A DNA stretch of 64,000 nt from Candidatus Versatilivorator sp. (lineage in GTDB: Bacteria > Acidobacteriota > Terriglobia > Versatilivoradales > Versatilivoraceae): NCBI GenBank assembly GCA_965207735.1, contig OZ242296.1, positions 1,760,001 to 1,824,000 on the forward strand. Direction: 5' to 3'. Shown piece by piece: positions 38,335-48,530 of this stretch; position 1 is the first letter of the stretch; every line of letters starts with the position of its first letter. Position numbers and translations under genes: made by a program. The notes below the pieces were generated by a model, which made no database searches, was not told where the DNA came from, and saw only the letters and a program-made list of their open reading frames with translations.

Positions 38335-39810
38335 CTAGGCCGAGGGCCGATCGAGCAGCTCATGCACCACCTTGGCTCCGGTCACCGGGTAGTCGGTCGG
38401 GGTCTCGTCTCGACCGTGGTGGAGATAGCTCAGCTTCTGGTGGTCCACTCCCAGTTGGTGCAGCACGGTGGCCTGCAGATCGGGCACGCTCACTCGGTCC
38501 TGCACGGCCCGATAGCCGAACTCGTCGGTGGCCCCATGGGCGTAGCCGGCCTTGAATCCCCCGCCCCCAAGCCAGAGGGTAAAGGCGTTGCGATTGTGGT
38601 CTCGCCCCATCCCGTTCTGGGAGACCGGCAGCCGTCCGAATTCTCCGCACCACATCACAATCACGCTGTCCAGCAATCCCCGGCCCTGGAGGTCTCTCAC
38701 CAGGCCTTCGACCGGCAGCTCCGTCCTGGCGGCAATGGCTTCGATCTCGTTTCGGGTGTTGGTGTGGCTGTCCCAGGGCTGGGTGGAGGGCTTGGCCGGT
38801 GGGAAGACCTGAACGAAGCGCACTCCGGCCTCCACCAGGCGCCGGGCCATCAGCAGTCGGGTCCCGTAGCTGGAGGTCTCCGGGATGTCCAGTCCGTAGA
38901 GCTGCTTGGTGGCCGCCGACTCGCGGGAGTGGTCCAGGACCTCCCCGGCCGCCAACTGCATCCGCGCCGCCAGCTCATAGTTGCGAATGCGCGTTTCCAG
39001 ATCGGAGTTGTGGGGAAAGTCGACTCGATGCCGCTGGTTGAGCTTCGCCAGAAAGTCCAGCTGGTCTCTTCGCGACTGGCCGGCCACCGGACGGGCGGGA
39101 TGCAGATCCAGGACGGCGGAACCCCGGGAACTGAATTCCGTGCCTCGATAGAGGGATGGCAACCAGCCGTTCTCCCACAACAGGGCGGCGCTGGTGCCGT
39201 AGCCTTCGGGGTCGCGCAAGACGATGTAGGCCGGGAGGTTCTGGTTCTCGGTCCCGAGAGCGTAGCTGATCCAGGCCCCCAGGGTGGGCCTGCCCGGAAA
39301 GATCTTGCAGGTCTGAAGCATGACCAGGGCTTCGGTGTGGTTGTTGTGCTCGGTGTGCATGGAGCGCACGAAGCAGAGGTCGTCCACCATGGAAGCCGTG
39401 TGGGGGATGGCGTTGGAGAGCTCGATCCCGGACTGCCCGCGAGGCGCAAACTCGAAGGGGCTGCCCAGCAGCAGGTTGGCTTCGCTGCCAGGCTGAAAGG
39501 TCTCCACCTTTTCGGCATGCCGCTTTCCGGATCGCTTCTGCAGTTCCGGCTTGGGATCGAACAGATCCATCTGGCTGGGTCCGCCGTTTTGCATGAGTTG
39601 AATCACGGCACGGGCCCGCGGCTGGATATGGGGCCGCCTGGGCAAGAGATTGGGACCGTCTGCGGAAGAGGAACGCCCGGCGGCCGGCTCCGCCTGCAGC
39701 AGGTGGGCCAAGGCCATACCGCCGAATCCCAGCCCCGACCTGTGCAGGAACTCCCGCCGCGACCAGGAGCCTTCCTGCCAAGGAGAAACGTCTGTTTTCT
39801 TATCCCACAT
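38335..39810 (-). CDS. DUF1501 family protein
   Basis: SRREFL; GGPSQMDLFDPKP; ARRLVEAGVRFV; GEFGRLP; GRDHN. Confidence 0.92.
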   Translation of the reverse strand: MWDKKTDVSPWQEGSWSRREFLHRSGLGFGGMALAHLLQAEPAAGRSSSADGPNLLPRRPHIQPRARAVIQLMQNGGPSQMDLFDPKPELQKRSGKRHAEKVETFQPGSEANLLLGSPFEFAPRGQSGIELSNAIPHTASMVDDLCFVRSMHTEHNNHTEALVMLQTCKIFPGRPTLGAWISYALGTENQNLPAYIVLRDPEGYGTSAALLWENGWLPSLYRGTEFSSRGSAVLDLHPARPVAGQSRRDQLDFLAKLNQRHRVDFPHNSDLETRIRNYELAARMQLAAGEVLDHSRESAATKQLYGLDIPETSSYGTRLLMARRLVEAGVRFVQVFPPAKPSTQPWDSHTNTRNEIEAIAARTELPVEGLVRDLQGRGLLDSVIVMWCGEFGRLPVSQNGMGRDHNRNAFTLWLGGGGFKAGYAHGATDEFGYRAVQDRVSVPDLQATVLHQLGVDHQKLSYLHHGRDETPTDYPVTGAKVVHELLDRPSA

Positions 39811-42469
39811 GGAGAAACTCGTTGCTGTTCAGAATCATCTGGCACAAGCTGGCCAGAGCCTCGAGATCGGCGGCCTCCCGGCCCGCCTCGGTTGCCGGAC
39901 GGCGCCTGACCTCCCGTTCCAGCAGTTCCCGGCTCCAGGCCAGCTCCTCCCGGCTGGGTACTCTGGCCAGAGCCAACCGAAAGGCCAGCTCGATTCTCGT
40001 GTCCGCGTCCCGGGCCAACTGCGACACTCGCCCGGCAAAGAACCGGGCCTGTTCCAGGAGGAAAGCGTCGTTCAACAGGACCAGGGTCTGCAGCACCGCC
40101 GCCGACGTCGCCCTCCGGGCGCAGTTCATCGACAACTTGGGCTGGTCGAAGACGCTCAACAGGGTCAGGTTGTAGTTCCTGCGACCCACCAGGTAGAGAC
40201 TCCTCCTCCAGCGGTCGCCCGGATGGGCCAGATCCGGCTCCGACACCGTCACCATGCCGTCGGCTCGCCCGTCCAGGCGGATGGGCGCCCCCCCCATGGT
40301 ACGGCTCAGCTTGCCGCTGACGGTCATGATGGAGTCCCGGATAACCTCGGACTCCAGGCGGCGCAAGGGCATCCTCCACAGTAGTTGGTTGCCTGGATCC
40401 TTGCTCATGCCCATCCTGGCACGTTGCCTGTCACCCGCGGATTCGTCGGGGCCGGGCAAGCGTGACCGCTGCCGATAGGCGGTGGAGGTCACCAGCAGCC
40501 GCACCAAAGGCTTGACCTGCCAGCCGCCGCTCACAAAGCCATCCGCCAACCACTCCAGCAGCTCCGGATGGGTGGGACGGGCTCCGTTGCGTCCCAGATT
40601 GTCGGAAGTGGCCACAATGCCCTCTCCAAACAAGCGTTGCCAGACACGATTGACCCGGACGCGAGCCACCAGGGCGGCGGCCCTGGAACCGGGCTCCGTC
40701 AAACGCTTGGCCAGCGCCAGCCGCCGGCCGCTGGTCTGGCCGACCGCCCCGTTTTCCTGCAGCAGGCCCCCCCCAGCGGGATCGGCGAGCACTGCCGGCA
40801 TCCCCGGCTCCACCTCCGGCCCCGGAGTGAGATAGTTCCCCCGGATCAGAAAGTAGGTCGGCAGCGGCTGTCCGGTGTCCACGGTGGGCTGCAGGGTGCC
40901 GTAGGTCCGGCGGTGTCGTTCCAGGGAGGCGATCCGGCTCTTGAGACGCGACGCCCTTGCCAGCTCCTCCGAGTTCAAGAGGGCCTGGATCTGCTCTTCC
41001 GACGGCATGACCACCGGCTCGAACTTCTCCTTGAGGTAGCGCTGCGCCGGCCGCAACTCGTTTTCAAAGGACTTGAGCGCGATCCTCAAATCCTCCCGGA
41101 TCACCTCGGGGACCTGGGCCAGCCGTTCTTCCATCAGGCGCTGTCTATAGGGATGATAGAGGGCATTGAGCTTGCGGCGGAAAGGCTTGATCCGAAGGTC
41201 CAGCCGGCGGTTGGCGCGATCGATGGACTCCTTCTCCAGCGGCGAGGCCTCGGGCAGAGACCGCTCATCGGGTTGCAGCCACTGCTGGGGGTTGTAGGCC
41301 GGCGTGAAAACGGCCGTCAACCGGTAGTAGTCCAACTGGGAAATGGGGTCGTACTTGTGGTCGTGGCACTGGGCGCAGCCCACGGTGAGCCCCATCACGT
41401 TGCTGGCGACGGTCTGAACGGTGCGCTGCAGGACCCCGTAGCGAATGTCGGGGGTGTTGAGCACATCCTGGTTGGTGTCGTCGGCGGCAACTCTGAGAAA
41501 GCCGGTGGCCTTCAGCAGGCGGCTCATGGCGGGACTGAGCTCCGGCGCCGCGCGCCAGTCCACCATCTCGTCTCCGGCCAACTGCTCGGTGAGAAAACGG
41601 TCGTAGGGCTGGTCCCGGTTGATGGCATCGATGACATAGTCCCGGTACTTCCATTTTCCGGGAACGCCCAGCGGCTGCTTGCCGGTCACAAAGTCGTTAT
41701 CGCCGCCCAGAGTGTCGGTATATCCGGCCTCGTCCAGCCAATGACGGCCCCAGCGCTCCCCGAAATGAGGGGAAGCCAACAGACGTTCCACCAGCTGCTC
41801 ATAGGCCACCGGGGAACCGTCGGCCAGGAAGGCGTCCACCTCCTCCGGCCCCGGGGGCAAGCCGATCAGGTCCAGATAGAGGCGCCGCATCAGGAAGAGG
41901 CGGTCGGCATCGGCCGAGAACCCGATCCCTTTTTCCTCCAGCTTCTCCAGCAGAAAGCCATCCACCGGGGTGCGCACCCGCTCTGCTTGGCGAACCCGCG
42001 GCGGTTCCGGCGCCACCAGATTTCGAAAGGCCCAGAAATCCCGGTCCGCCCGGGAAAGGGGCGGTGGCTGGATCTTTATCTGGCGGCGCCGGTCGCCCGC
42101 CCGGTCCGGAGCCTGGTAGAACTTGAGGGTGGGAGCTCCGGCACCGATCCAGCGGCGAATGACTTCGATGTCCTCACCGGAGGGTTTCTTCTGTCCGGCC
42201 GGAGGCATGGACCCGTCCACCAGGCGCTTGTAGATCAGACTGGCGTCGGGCGAATGCTTCACCAACCCGGCTCCACTGGCCCCGCCCTTCTCGATGAGCA
42301 GCGGGTTGGTCAGATCCAATCCGCCCATGGGCTCCAGCGACCCGTGGCAGTGGGTGCAGTAACTCGACAGGATCGGCAGGACCTCCGATTCGAACTGAGG
42401 GATGGATTGAGCCGATGCAGGCCCGGGAATTAACAGCAGAAGGACCGGCAGCCACAGCCGCATACGCAT
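39800..42469 (-). CDS. PSD1 / planctomycete cytochrome c protein
   Basis: CTHCH; GERWGRHWLDEAGY; CAQCHDHKYDP; PTHPELLE; RRLESEVIRD; start placed at ATG 42469. Confidence 0.92.
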   Translation of the reverse strand: MRMRLWLPVLLLLIPGPASAQSIPQFESEVLPILSSYCTHCHGSLEPMGGLDLTNPLLIEKGGASGAGLVKHSPDASLIYKRLVDGSMPPAGQKKPSGEDIEVIRRWIGAGAPTLKFYQAPDRAGDRRRQIKIQPPPLSRADRDFWAFRNLVAPEPPRVRQAERVRTPVDGFLLEKLEEKGIGFSADADRLFLMRRLYLDLIGLPPGPEEVDAFLADGSPVAYEQLVERLLASPHFGERWGRHWLDEAGYTDTLGGDNDFVTGKQPLGVPGKWKYRDYVIDAINRDQPYDRFLTEQLAGDEMVDWRAAPELSPAMSRLLKATGFLRVAADDTNQDVLNTPDIRYGVLQRTVQTVASNVMGLTVGCAQCHDHKYDPISQLDYYRLTAVFTPAYNPQQWLQPDERSLPEASPLEKESIDRANRRLDLRIKPFRRKLNALYHPYRQRLMEERLAQVPEVIREDLRIALKSFENELRPAQRYLKEKFEPVVMPSEEQIQALLNSEELARASRLKSRIASLERHRRTYGTLQPTVDTGQPLPTYFLIRGNYLTPGPEVEPGMPAVLADPAGGGLLQENGAVGQTSGRRLALAKRLTEPGSRAAALVARVRVNRVWQRLFGEGIVATSDNLGRNGARPTHPELLEWLADGFVSGGWQVKPLVRLLVTSTAYRQRSRLPGPDESAGDRQRARMGMSKDPGNQLLWRMPLRRLESEVIRDSIMTVSGKLSRTMGGAPIRLDGRADGMVTVSEPDLAHPGDRWRRSLYLVGRRNYNLTLLSVFDQPKLSMNCARRATSAAVLQTLVLLNDAFLLEQARFFAGRVSQLARDADTRIELAFRLALARVPSREELAWSRELLEREVRRRPATEAGREAADLEALASLCQMILNSNEFLHVG

Positions 42470-42564
42470 GGTGGAACCCAGGGAAACCGTTGTCGTCTGA
42501 AGCCATATTATCCGAGGGATTCGGCAGCCGGTCAAGAGCCCGGATTGGGGACGACCGGAAAGCG

Positions 42565-43535
42565 TGCCTGAAACAAACGAAAAAAGACAAAAGAAAAAGA
42601 CTTATCCACGAAGGGACACGAAGAACGACGAAGGGGCACTAAGGCGCTGAGGTTGGCCGCGACGGGGTACCAAGGTCGCGAAGGGATGGTCGATTTCAGA
42701 TTGTTTCACTCTCGAATGATCCGCACGGCAGGGCGGGGGCCCGGCTTGCCTGAAACAACCGAAAAACGACAAAAGACAAAGAAAAAGACTTATCCACGAA
42801 GGGGCACGAAGAACGACGAAGGGCCACTAAGGCGCTGAGGTTAACCGCGACGGGGTACCAAGGTCGCGAAAGGATTGTCGATTTCTGATTGTTTCACTCT
42901 CGAAAAGGGGGGTCAACGAAGGACACAAGGGACAAAGAGGATTTGTCCGCGAAGAAGCAACAAGGACCGCGGCGGAGCCAGTGGGGGGGCTTCCGACCCC
43001 ATCGTGATTTAAAGAGATCATTAACATCGATGCACGGGATTCACAGGATTCTTCAGGAAATGGCTGGCTTCTAATGCCGGGAATCCGCAAGTCCGCACCG
43101 GATCTTCGCCCGAGTTGGCTTCTGGTGCAGGAAGCTCTCGTCCTGTTAATCCTGTGCATCCATGTTCAATTCTTAGTCCTTCTCGATTGATCTTCCCCGT
43201 GGCGGGCCTTGGCCGTGCCCAACGCCCCGATTCCCAGTCAGCGTCCCGTGCAGCGGCCTCTGGTCCTATTAATCCTGTCTTTTTCCAAAACGCAAACAGC
43301 TGGCTGTTTCTCCTCTGAATGATCCGCACGGCAGGGCGGGGGCCCGGCTTGCCTGAATCAACCGACAAGAGACAAAAGAAAAAGACATTTCCACGAAGGG
43401 ACACGAAGAACAACGAAGGGACACTAAGGCGCTGAGGTTGACCGCGACGGGGTGCCAAGGTCGCGAAGGGTTGATCGATTTCTGATAGTTTCACTCTCGT
43501 ATGATCCGCACGACAGGGCGGGGGCGACACTTGTT
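42565..43535 (+). repeat. Largest composite repeat: A + partial A + D + B (43020-43170) + C + A end + A
   Basis: Junction cores at 42567, 42749, 43352, 43534; A period 182 bp. Confidence 0.95.
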
Positions 43536-43616
43536 AGCAATTGATAATCCCCGGGCGACTCATTGAGCCGCGAAGCGGCGGCAGCAGGTAGCCGTGGGCG
43601 TGAGCCCATGGAAAGG

Positions 43617-45005
43617 TTAACCCAGCATCTCCGGCGTGATTTCCTTGCCCAGCAGGAAGTGTTTACGGTCCGGATACCACAGGATCTGCTTGCCTCCGGC
43701 ATAACTCATGGCCCCGTAGAAGGACAGCCAGGTTCTGCCACCCTCGGGCCCGCCGTTTCCCGGGCCCACCGCGACGTTTTCGGCATCGCAAAACACCTTG
43801 GGCTGGCTGAACCAGATGGGCTGATGGGCCTTGGGCTGGAACTCCCCGACGGCATAGAACATGGGAGCCCGGCGGGCGCCCATGTCGCCCGGCCCCTTGG
43901 CGCCGTAGCCGGTCCCGTCATGGTTCTGGAAGAAAAGGATGTAGCGGCCGTCCAGGAGCCGGTAAAGCGGGGCCGTATTCTTGGGATGGGGCATGAAGCG
44001 GCCCTGGTCGCGGATGCGCAGCGCTTCCGACTTCCGCCAGACCCGGCCGTCGGAATCTTCCGAAACGGAATACCAGACGTTGCCGGTGATGGTCCGCATG
44101 GCGGCAAACAGCCGCCCATCGGGCAGAAGCACGACCGCCGGCTCCTCGCCCAGGCTGTAGCCGCGGCTGCGGTGGGGCTCGAAGGGACAGGGCACTGAAA
44201 CCGAATCCCCCTCCGGGAGCCAGGTGAGCTTGAGGTCCTTGGGGTGGGGGCCGTCGTCGAGGTTGTCGAATCGAACGAATTCCGACCGGGAGTCGGGGTA
44301 CCATCCGGCGGGGCCGTTGGCCATGGGAAAGCGGCTCAAGCTGCTCCAGCGGGTAAACCCGAGCAGCGTGCGATCCTTGGAATCCCGAATGGATTGCTGC
44401 CAGAAGATCAGGTTTTTCTGCATCTTGGGATCGGGGTGGTCGTACCTGGGACGCCGCCGGACCTCCAGGTCGGCTCCCTCCTGCCAGGTGTGGCCGTCAT
44501 CGTCCGAGTAGATGCAGCGCTGCAGCGAGGTGATGGTGTAGGACATGTCGGTGACGCCCGTGTGCTTGTTGAACAGCAGGTAGATGCGACCGCTGCGGCT
44601 CACCAGCGGAACGGCAAAGGCCGCCGTAAACCCCGGGTGGTCGGTGGGGCCGACAATGGTTTCCGGTGCAGTCCAGGTCACCCCGCCGTCCTGGCTCCGC
44701 GAGGCCACGGTACGGTAGTCGCGGGACATCTCGTAGGCTCCCTGGCTCCAGGTCGCCAGCAGGTCCCCCTTGGGGGTCTCCACCACGACGAGATGCTCGT
44801 TGTCCCCATCGTCTGCGAGCGGTTCCGGAGGCAGGTAGAGCACATAGTCAGGCTGGGTGCGCTTCCACTCGTCGGTATAGCAGCGTTGCTGCCCGGCCCC
44901 GGCTCCCGAGCCGGACTCTTTGCTCCAGGAGACCCCTGGACTTGCGGCGCCCCCGGCCATCACCGGCACCGCGGCCAACGACTTGATGAGCTCTCGTCGA
45001 TTCAT
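43617..45005 (-). CDS. Sialidase-like / BNR repeat protein, Tat signal
   Basis: MNRRELIK; SQDGGVTW; SDDDGHTW; YPDRKHFLLGK. Confidence 0.85.
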   Translation of the reverse strand: MNRRELIKSLAAVPVMAGGAASPGVSWSKESGSGAGAGQQRCYTDEWKRTQPDYVLYLPPEPLADDGDNEHLVVVETPKGDLLATWSQGAYEMSRDYRTVASRSQDGGVTWTAPETIVGPTDHPGFTAAFAVPLVSRSGRIYLLFNKHTGVTDMSYTITSLQRCIYSDDDGHTWQEGADLEVRRRPRYDHPDPKMQKNLIFWQQSIRDSKDRTLLGFTRWSSLSRFPMANGPAGWYPDSRSEFVRFDNLDDGPHPKDLKLTWLPEGDSVSVPCPFEPHRSRGYSLGEEPAVVLLPDGRLFAAMRTITGNVWYSVSEDSDGRVWRKSEALRIRDQGRFMPHPKNTAPLYRLLDGRYILFFQNHDGTGYGAKGPGDMGARRAPMFYAVGEFQPKAHQPIWFSQPKVFCDAENVAVGPGNGGPEGGRTWLSFYGAMSYAGGKQILWYPDRKHFLLGKEITPEMLG

Positions 45006-45203
45006 CCTCTTCCTCCCACCGGTTCCCCAAGATTTGTCACTGCTATAAATGCCTCATCCACCCTTTCGGCCCGCCCTGCCAGCCGCCGGCGTTCAGAAAG
45101 TATAGTCCAATCGCGGGGCTCCCTGCACTGCTTTGATTCCAATTGGAGCCGGAGGCCAGCGACCGGTGAATATGGGGCTCATCTAGTGTCCTGTGACAGA
45201 ACA

Positions 45204-45632
45204 CTAGGTCAACGGATTCTTCCAACGCAACTCATCAAATCGGCCGAAATCCAAATCGTTGGAAAAGAGCGTGTAGCCGTGCTCGATGGCATAGGCTGCC
45301 AGGTGAGCGTCCGTGGTCAGTCCAGATCCGCCCGGAACCGATCGAAGCAACCCGGACAGAATGGGCCAATGGCGACCCGTGGGTGCAAGCAATCTGACAT
45401 TGGGCTGTGCGAGCCAGCTCTCTGCAATATCCAGCGCTTCGCCCACATCGAGGGGGGAATTAAAAACGCGACGGTTAGTGGTGAGGCGGACAAAACCCAG
45501 CAGGCTGGCGTAACACAGCCCAACCGGTTGGTCCGACGAAAGAACTCCTTCCCACCAGCGGCGCGCTCGGGCATGGAATGGACTGGCCGCGTCCACCGCA
45601 TAAACCAGAAGATTGACATCGGGAAGAATCAT
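45204..45632 (-). CDS. vapC: Type II toxin, VapC/PIN ribonuclease
   Basis: MILPDVNLLVYA; GFVRLTTN; TDAHLAA; SNDLDFGRF..WKNPL. Confidence 0.93.
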   Translation of the reverse strand: MILPDVNLLVYAVDAASPFHARARRWWEGVLSSDQPVGLCYASLLGFVRLTTNRRVFNSPLDVGEALDIAESWLAQPNVRLLAPTGRHWPILSGLLRSVPGGSGLTTDAHLAAYAIEHGYTLFSNDLDFGRFDELRWKNPLT

Positions 45633-45640
45633 TGGCGCGG

Positions 45641-45898
45641 CTAATCCTCCCGTTCCCAGCGCTCCTCAGTCTCAAGCTCGTCAACCAGCTGGTTAAGCTT
45701 CACCGGGTCAAATCCCGGCCGCAGGCCCAATTTGCGCACCCTTGTGCGATACTTCTTCGCCTGCGGACGCTCCTGCCGGCTTTGCAGCCCCTCCCGCAAA
45801 AGGGAATTTATGACGCGCTTCAGCGAGTAACCATGGCGCCGCCGCTTTTCTTGGATTTGGGCTGCGAGATCATCGTCAATGGTGAGTGTAGTACGCAT
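45641..45898 (-). CDS. vapB: Type II antitoxin, VapB
   Basis: MRTTLTIDDDL..SLKRVINSLLREGL; directly upstream of the PIN gene. Confidence 0.88.
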   Translation of the reverse strand: MRTTLTIDDDLAAQIQEKRRRHGYSLKRVINSLLREGLQSRQERPQAKKYRTRVRKLGLRPGFDPVKLNQLVDELETEERWERED

Positions 45899-45945
45899 CA
45901 CTGCATCATATAGAATGTGATATTTGATGTCAATGATGTCATTCC
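45895..45945 (-). promoter_or_regulatory. Putative vapBC operator
   Basis: AT-rich patch with gcatca x2 facing tgatgtca x2. Confidence 0.45.
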
Positions 45946-46143
45946 TGGTATGCATCCAGTTGCCGGATCAACGGGCTTGCTCGAGATCTTTGCCTCAGAC
46001 TCTCCTGTCTTCCCGGCCCAGATCCCCCCAAAAGCCGGTTGAGACCCATGGTTCGAGGCGGTACACTATCGGCCCCGGACACGCCTGGGGATTCTGTCCT
46101 GACACAGCCCCGGCCGTCTTGCTCCACCGAAAGGAATTTCGAC

Positions 46144-47112
46144 ATGGGATCTCGCATACTGCTGGTTCTCTCCGCGTGCCTGCTCCTGACAGGCGCCGCC
46201 GCCTGCCGAAGCCCGCAGCCTCCTTCCGAATGGTCCTTCGGCATCATCGGAGACCTGCCCTACGCACCGATGGAGGAACCGCAGTTTGAAAACCTCATCG
46301 ACGCCATGAACCGGGAGGACCTGGCCTTTGTGATTCACGTGGGCGACTTCAAGGGACAGAACGATCCCTGCGGTGACGACATCTACAAACACCGCCTGGA
46401 GCAGTTCAACCGCTTCAGTCATCCCTTCATCTTCGTCCCCGGCGACAACGAATGGACCGACTGCCACAAACCGGAAACGCCTTCCGATCCCCTGGAGCGT
46501 TTGGCCTTCCTTCGCAAGGTCCTCTATCCCACCGACCGGACCCTGGGGCAGACCAGTTTTGAGCTGGAACGTCAAAGCAGCTCGCCCGCCTTTGCCAGCT
46601 TCAGGGAGAACAGCCGCTGGAACCGGTCAGGCGTCCTCTTCGCCACCCTGCACGTGGTGGGAAGCAATGACGGATTCGGCCGCTGGCCGGAGGGAGACCG
46701 GGAGCATGCCCAGCGCCGGGCCGCCAACCGGGCCTGGATGGAGGCCGCCTTCCGCCTGGCCGCCGCGGACCGCTATCGGGCGCTGATGCTGGTTATCCAC
46801 GGCAACCCCCGCTTCGACCTGCCCCCGGGAGATTCGCGGCGCTCCGGCTTCGAGGATTTTCTAGGCTCCCTGGAGGCCGAAATGCTGGCCTTTTCCAAGC
46901 CGGTGGTCCTGGTGCATGGAGACACCCACTACTTCAGAATCGACAAACCCCTGCGGAACTCCGAGACCCGCCGCCGAATCGTCCACCTCACCCGGGTGGA
47001 ATCCTTCGGGGTTCCCGATGTCCACTGGCTGCGGGCGACGGTTCAGGAAGCCAACCCCAACGTCTTCGTCTTCGATCCGGTGTTGCTGTCGACCGATCGG
47101 GAGGAACCATGA
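46144..47112 (+). CDS. Calcineurin-like metallophosphoesterase, probable lipoprotein
   Basis: GDLPY; IHVGDFK; PGDNEWTDC; VHGDTH; signal ending AAAC. Confidence 0.85.
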   Translation: MGSRILLVLSACLLLTGAAACRSPQPPSEWSFGIIGDLPYAPMEEPQFENLIDAMNREDLAFVIHVGDFKGQNDPCGDDIYKHRLEQFNRFSHPFIFVPGDNEWTDCHKPETPSDPLERLAFLRKVLYPTDRTLGQTSFELERQSSSPAFASFRENSRWNRSGVLFATLHVVGSNDGFGRWPEGDREHAQRRAANRAWMEAAFRLAAADRYRALMLVIHGNPRFDLPPGDSRRSGFEDFLGSLEAEMLAFSKPVVLVHGDTHYFRIDKPLRNSETRRRIVHLTRVESFGVPDVHWLRATVQEANPNVFVFDPVLLSTDREEP

Positions 47113-48518
47113 GTTCGGCGGACATCGGTTACGCCAGCCTGACGCAACAGGCAGAGTGGATCCGCACCAAAGCGCTTTCGCCGGTTGAGATCCTGGAGGC
47201 CCACCTGCAACGGATACAATCTCTCAACCCCTCGCTGAGAGCCATTGTCACCCTGGCGGATGGAAGCCGGGGGCGTGCCCGCCAGGCCGAAGCCGCCCTG
47301 ATGAGGGGCGAGCTGTCGGGACCCCTGCACGGTGTCCCCTTCACCGCCAAGGACTGTTTCGACACTGCCGGAGTCCGAACCACCCGCGGATCGAAATTGT
47401 TCGAGAGCCGCGTTCCTGCCGAGGACGCCACCGCTGTACGCCGCCTCAAGCAGGCCGGAGCTATCCTGTTGGGCAAAACCAATCTCCCCGAATTCGCTCT
47501 GTGGTCCGAGACCTCCAACGAGGTGTTCGGCCAGACCGTGAATCCGTGGAACGCCGACAGGACAGCCGGAGGCTCCAGCGGCGGCGAGGTGGCCGCGGTT
47601 GCTGCTGGATTGTCGCCGCTCGGAATCGGCACCGACCTGGGAGGCTCCAACCGGCTGCCCTCTCACTACTGCGGCATCGTGGGCTTCAAGCCCACTCAGG
47701 GCCGCATTCCCATCACCGGCCAGTTCCCGGAGGTGATGTCCCGCCATCTGCACGTGGGTCCCCTGACCCGCACCGTCCGGGACGCTGCCCTGGCGCTTTC
47801 GGTGCTGCTGGGACCCGATGGTCGCGACCCCTACGCCGTTCCGGTTCCGGCGCCCGACCGCATACCCTGGGACGCACCGTTGCCGCCGCTGAAGATCGGG
47901 TATTTTCCCGAGGGCCCCTTCGCACCCGTGGCCACGACCATTCAAGAGACCGTTACCCGGGCAGCCGGCAAGCTGGAGGAGCTGGGGTGCCGGCTGCAGC
48001 TTGTGGCCCTGGAAAGGTGGAAGCGATCCAAGCCCATCGAGATGGTAATGACACTGCTGGTGGCCGAGGCCGCTCACTACTTCGAGCCGGTCGTGGCCGG
48101 CAGGAAGGACCGGTTGGCGCCCTCGGTGCAACGGCTGCTGGATACTCCCCCGCCCGCTATCGCCGACTACGTGGCGGCCCTGGCCGGTTGCGAGCAGCTT
48201 CGGGTCGACCTGATGCAGCACTTCTCCAACCATGACCTGCTGCTGCTGCCGACGGCTCCGGTCACGGCCCACCCCCACGACGCCGTCAGCCTGGAGGTGG
48301 ACGGCCAGACGGTCCCGGCCGCTCACGCGGCCGCGATAACCCCGGCCTTCGGGATCACCGGTTCACCGGCAATCTCGGTCCCCTTCGGACTGAGCCCGGA
48401 CGGCCTCCCCATCGGAGTCCAACTGGTGGCCCGCCATTTCGAGGAAGCCACCCTCCTTCGCGCGGCAGCGGCCCTGGAATCGGCCGCTTCCCTGAAGACC
48501 CGCCGGCCTCCACTCTGA
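47109..48518 (+). CDS. Amidase signature family protein
   Basis: GPLHGVPFTAKD; GKTNLPE; GGSSGG; GTDLGGSNRLP; GLPIGVQL. Confidence 0.93.
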   Translation: MSSADIGYASLTQQAEWIRTKALSPVEILEAHLQRIQSLNPSLRAIVTLADGSRGRARQAEAALMRGELSGPLHGVPFTAKDCFDTAGVRTTRGSKLFESRVPAEDATAVRRLKQAGAILLGKTNLPEFALWSETSNEVFGQTVNPWNADRTAGGSSGGEVAAVAAGLSPLGIGTDLGGSNRLPSHYCGIVGFKPTQGRIPITGQFPEVMSRHLHVGPLTRTVRDAALALSVLLGPDGRDPYAVPVPAPDRIPWDAPLPPLKIGYFPEGPFAPVATTIQETVTRAAGKLEELGCRLQLVALERWKRSKPIEMVMTLLVAEAAHYFEPVVAGRKDRLAPSVQRLLDTPPPAIADYVAALAGCEQLRVDLMQHFSNHDLLLLPTAPVTAHPHDAVSLEVDGQTVPAAHAAAITPAFGITGSPAISVPFGLSPDGLPIGVQLVARHFEEATLLRAAAALESAASLKTRRPPL

Positions 48519-48530
48519 AGAGGCATCCCG

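Noticed and set aside
42650-42690. Unit A as a confirmed structured ncRNA (cgcgac..gtcgcg hairpin)
   Set aside because: Substitutions in the copies near 26624, 31936 and 56362 break pairs without compensation; RNA function is unsupported without covariation analysis.
42565-43535. CRISPR array
   Set aside because: Repeat units are ~182 bp, diverged and separated by other repeated modules rather than unique 30-40-bp spacers; no cas genes.
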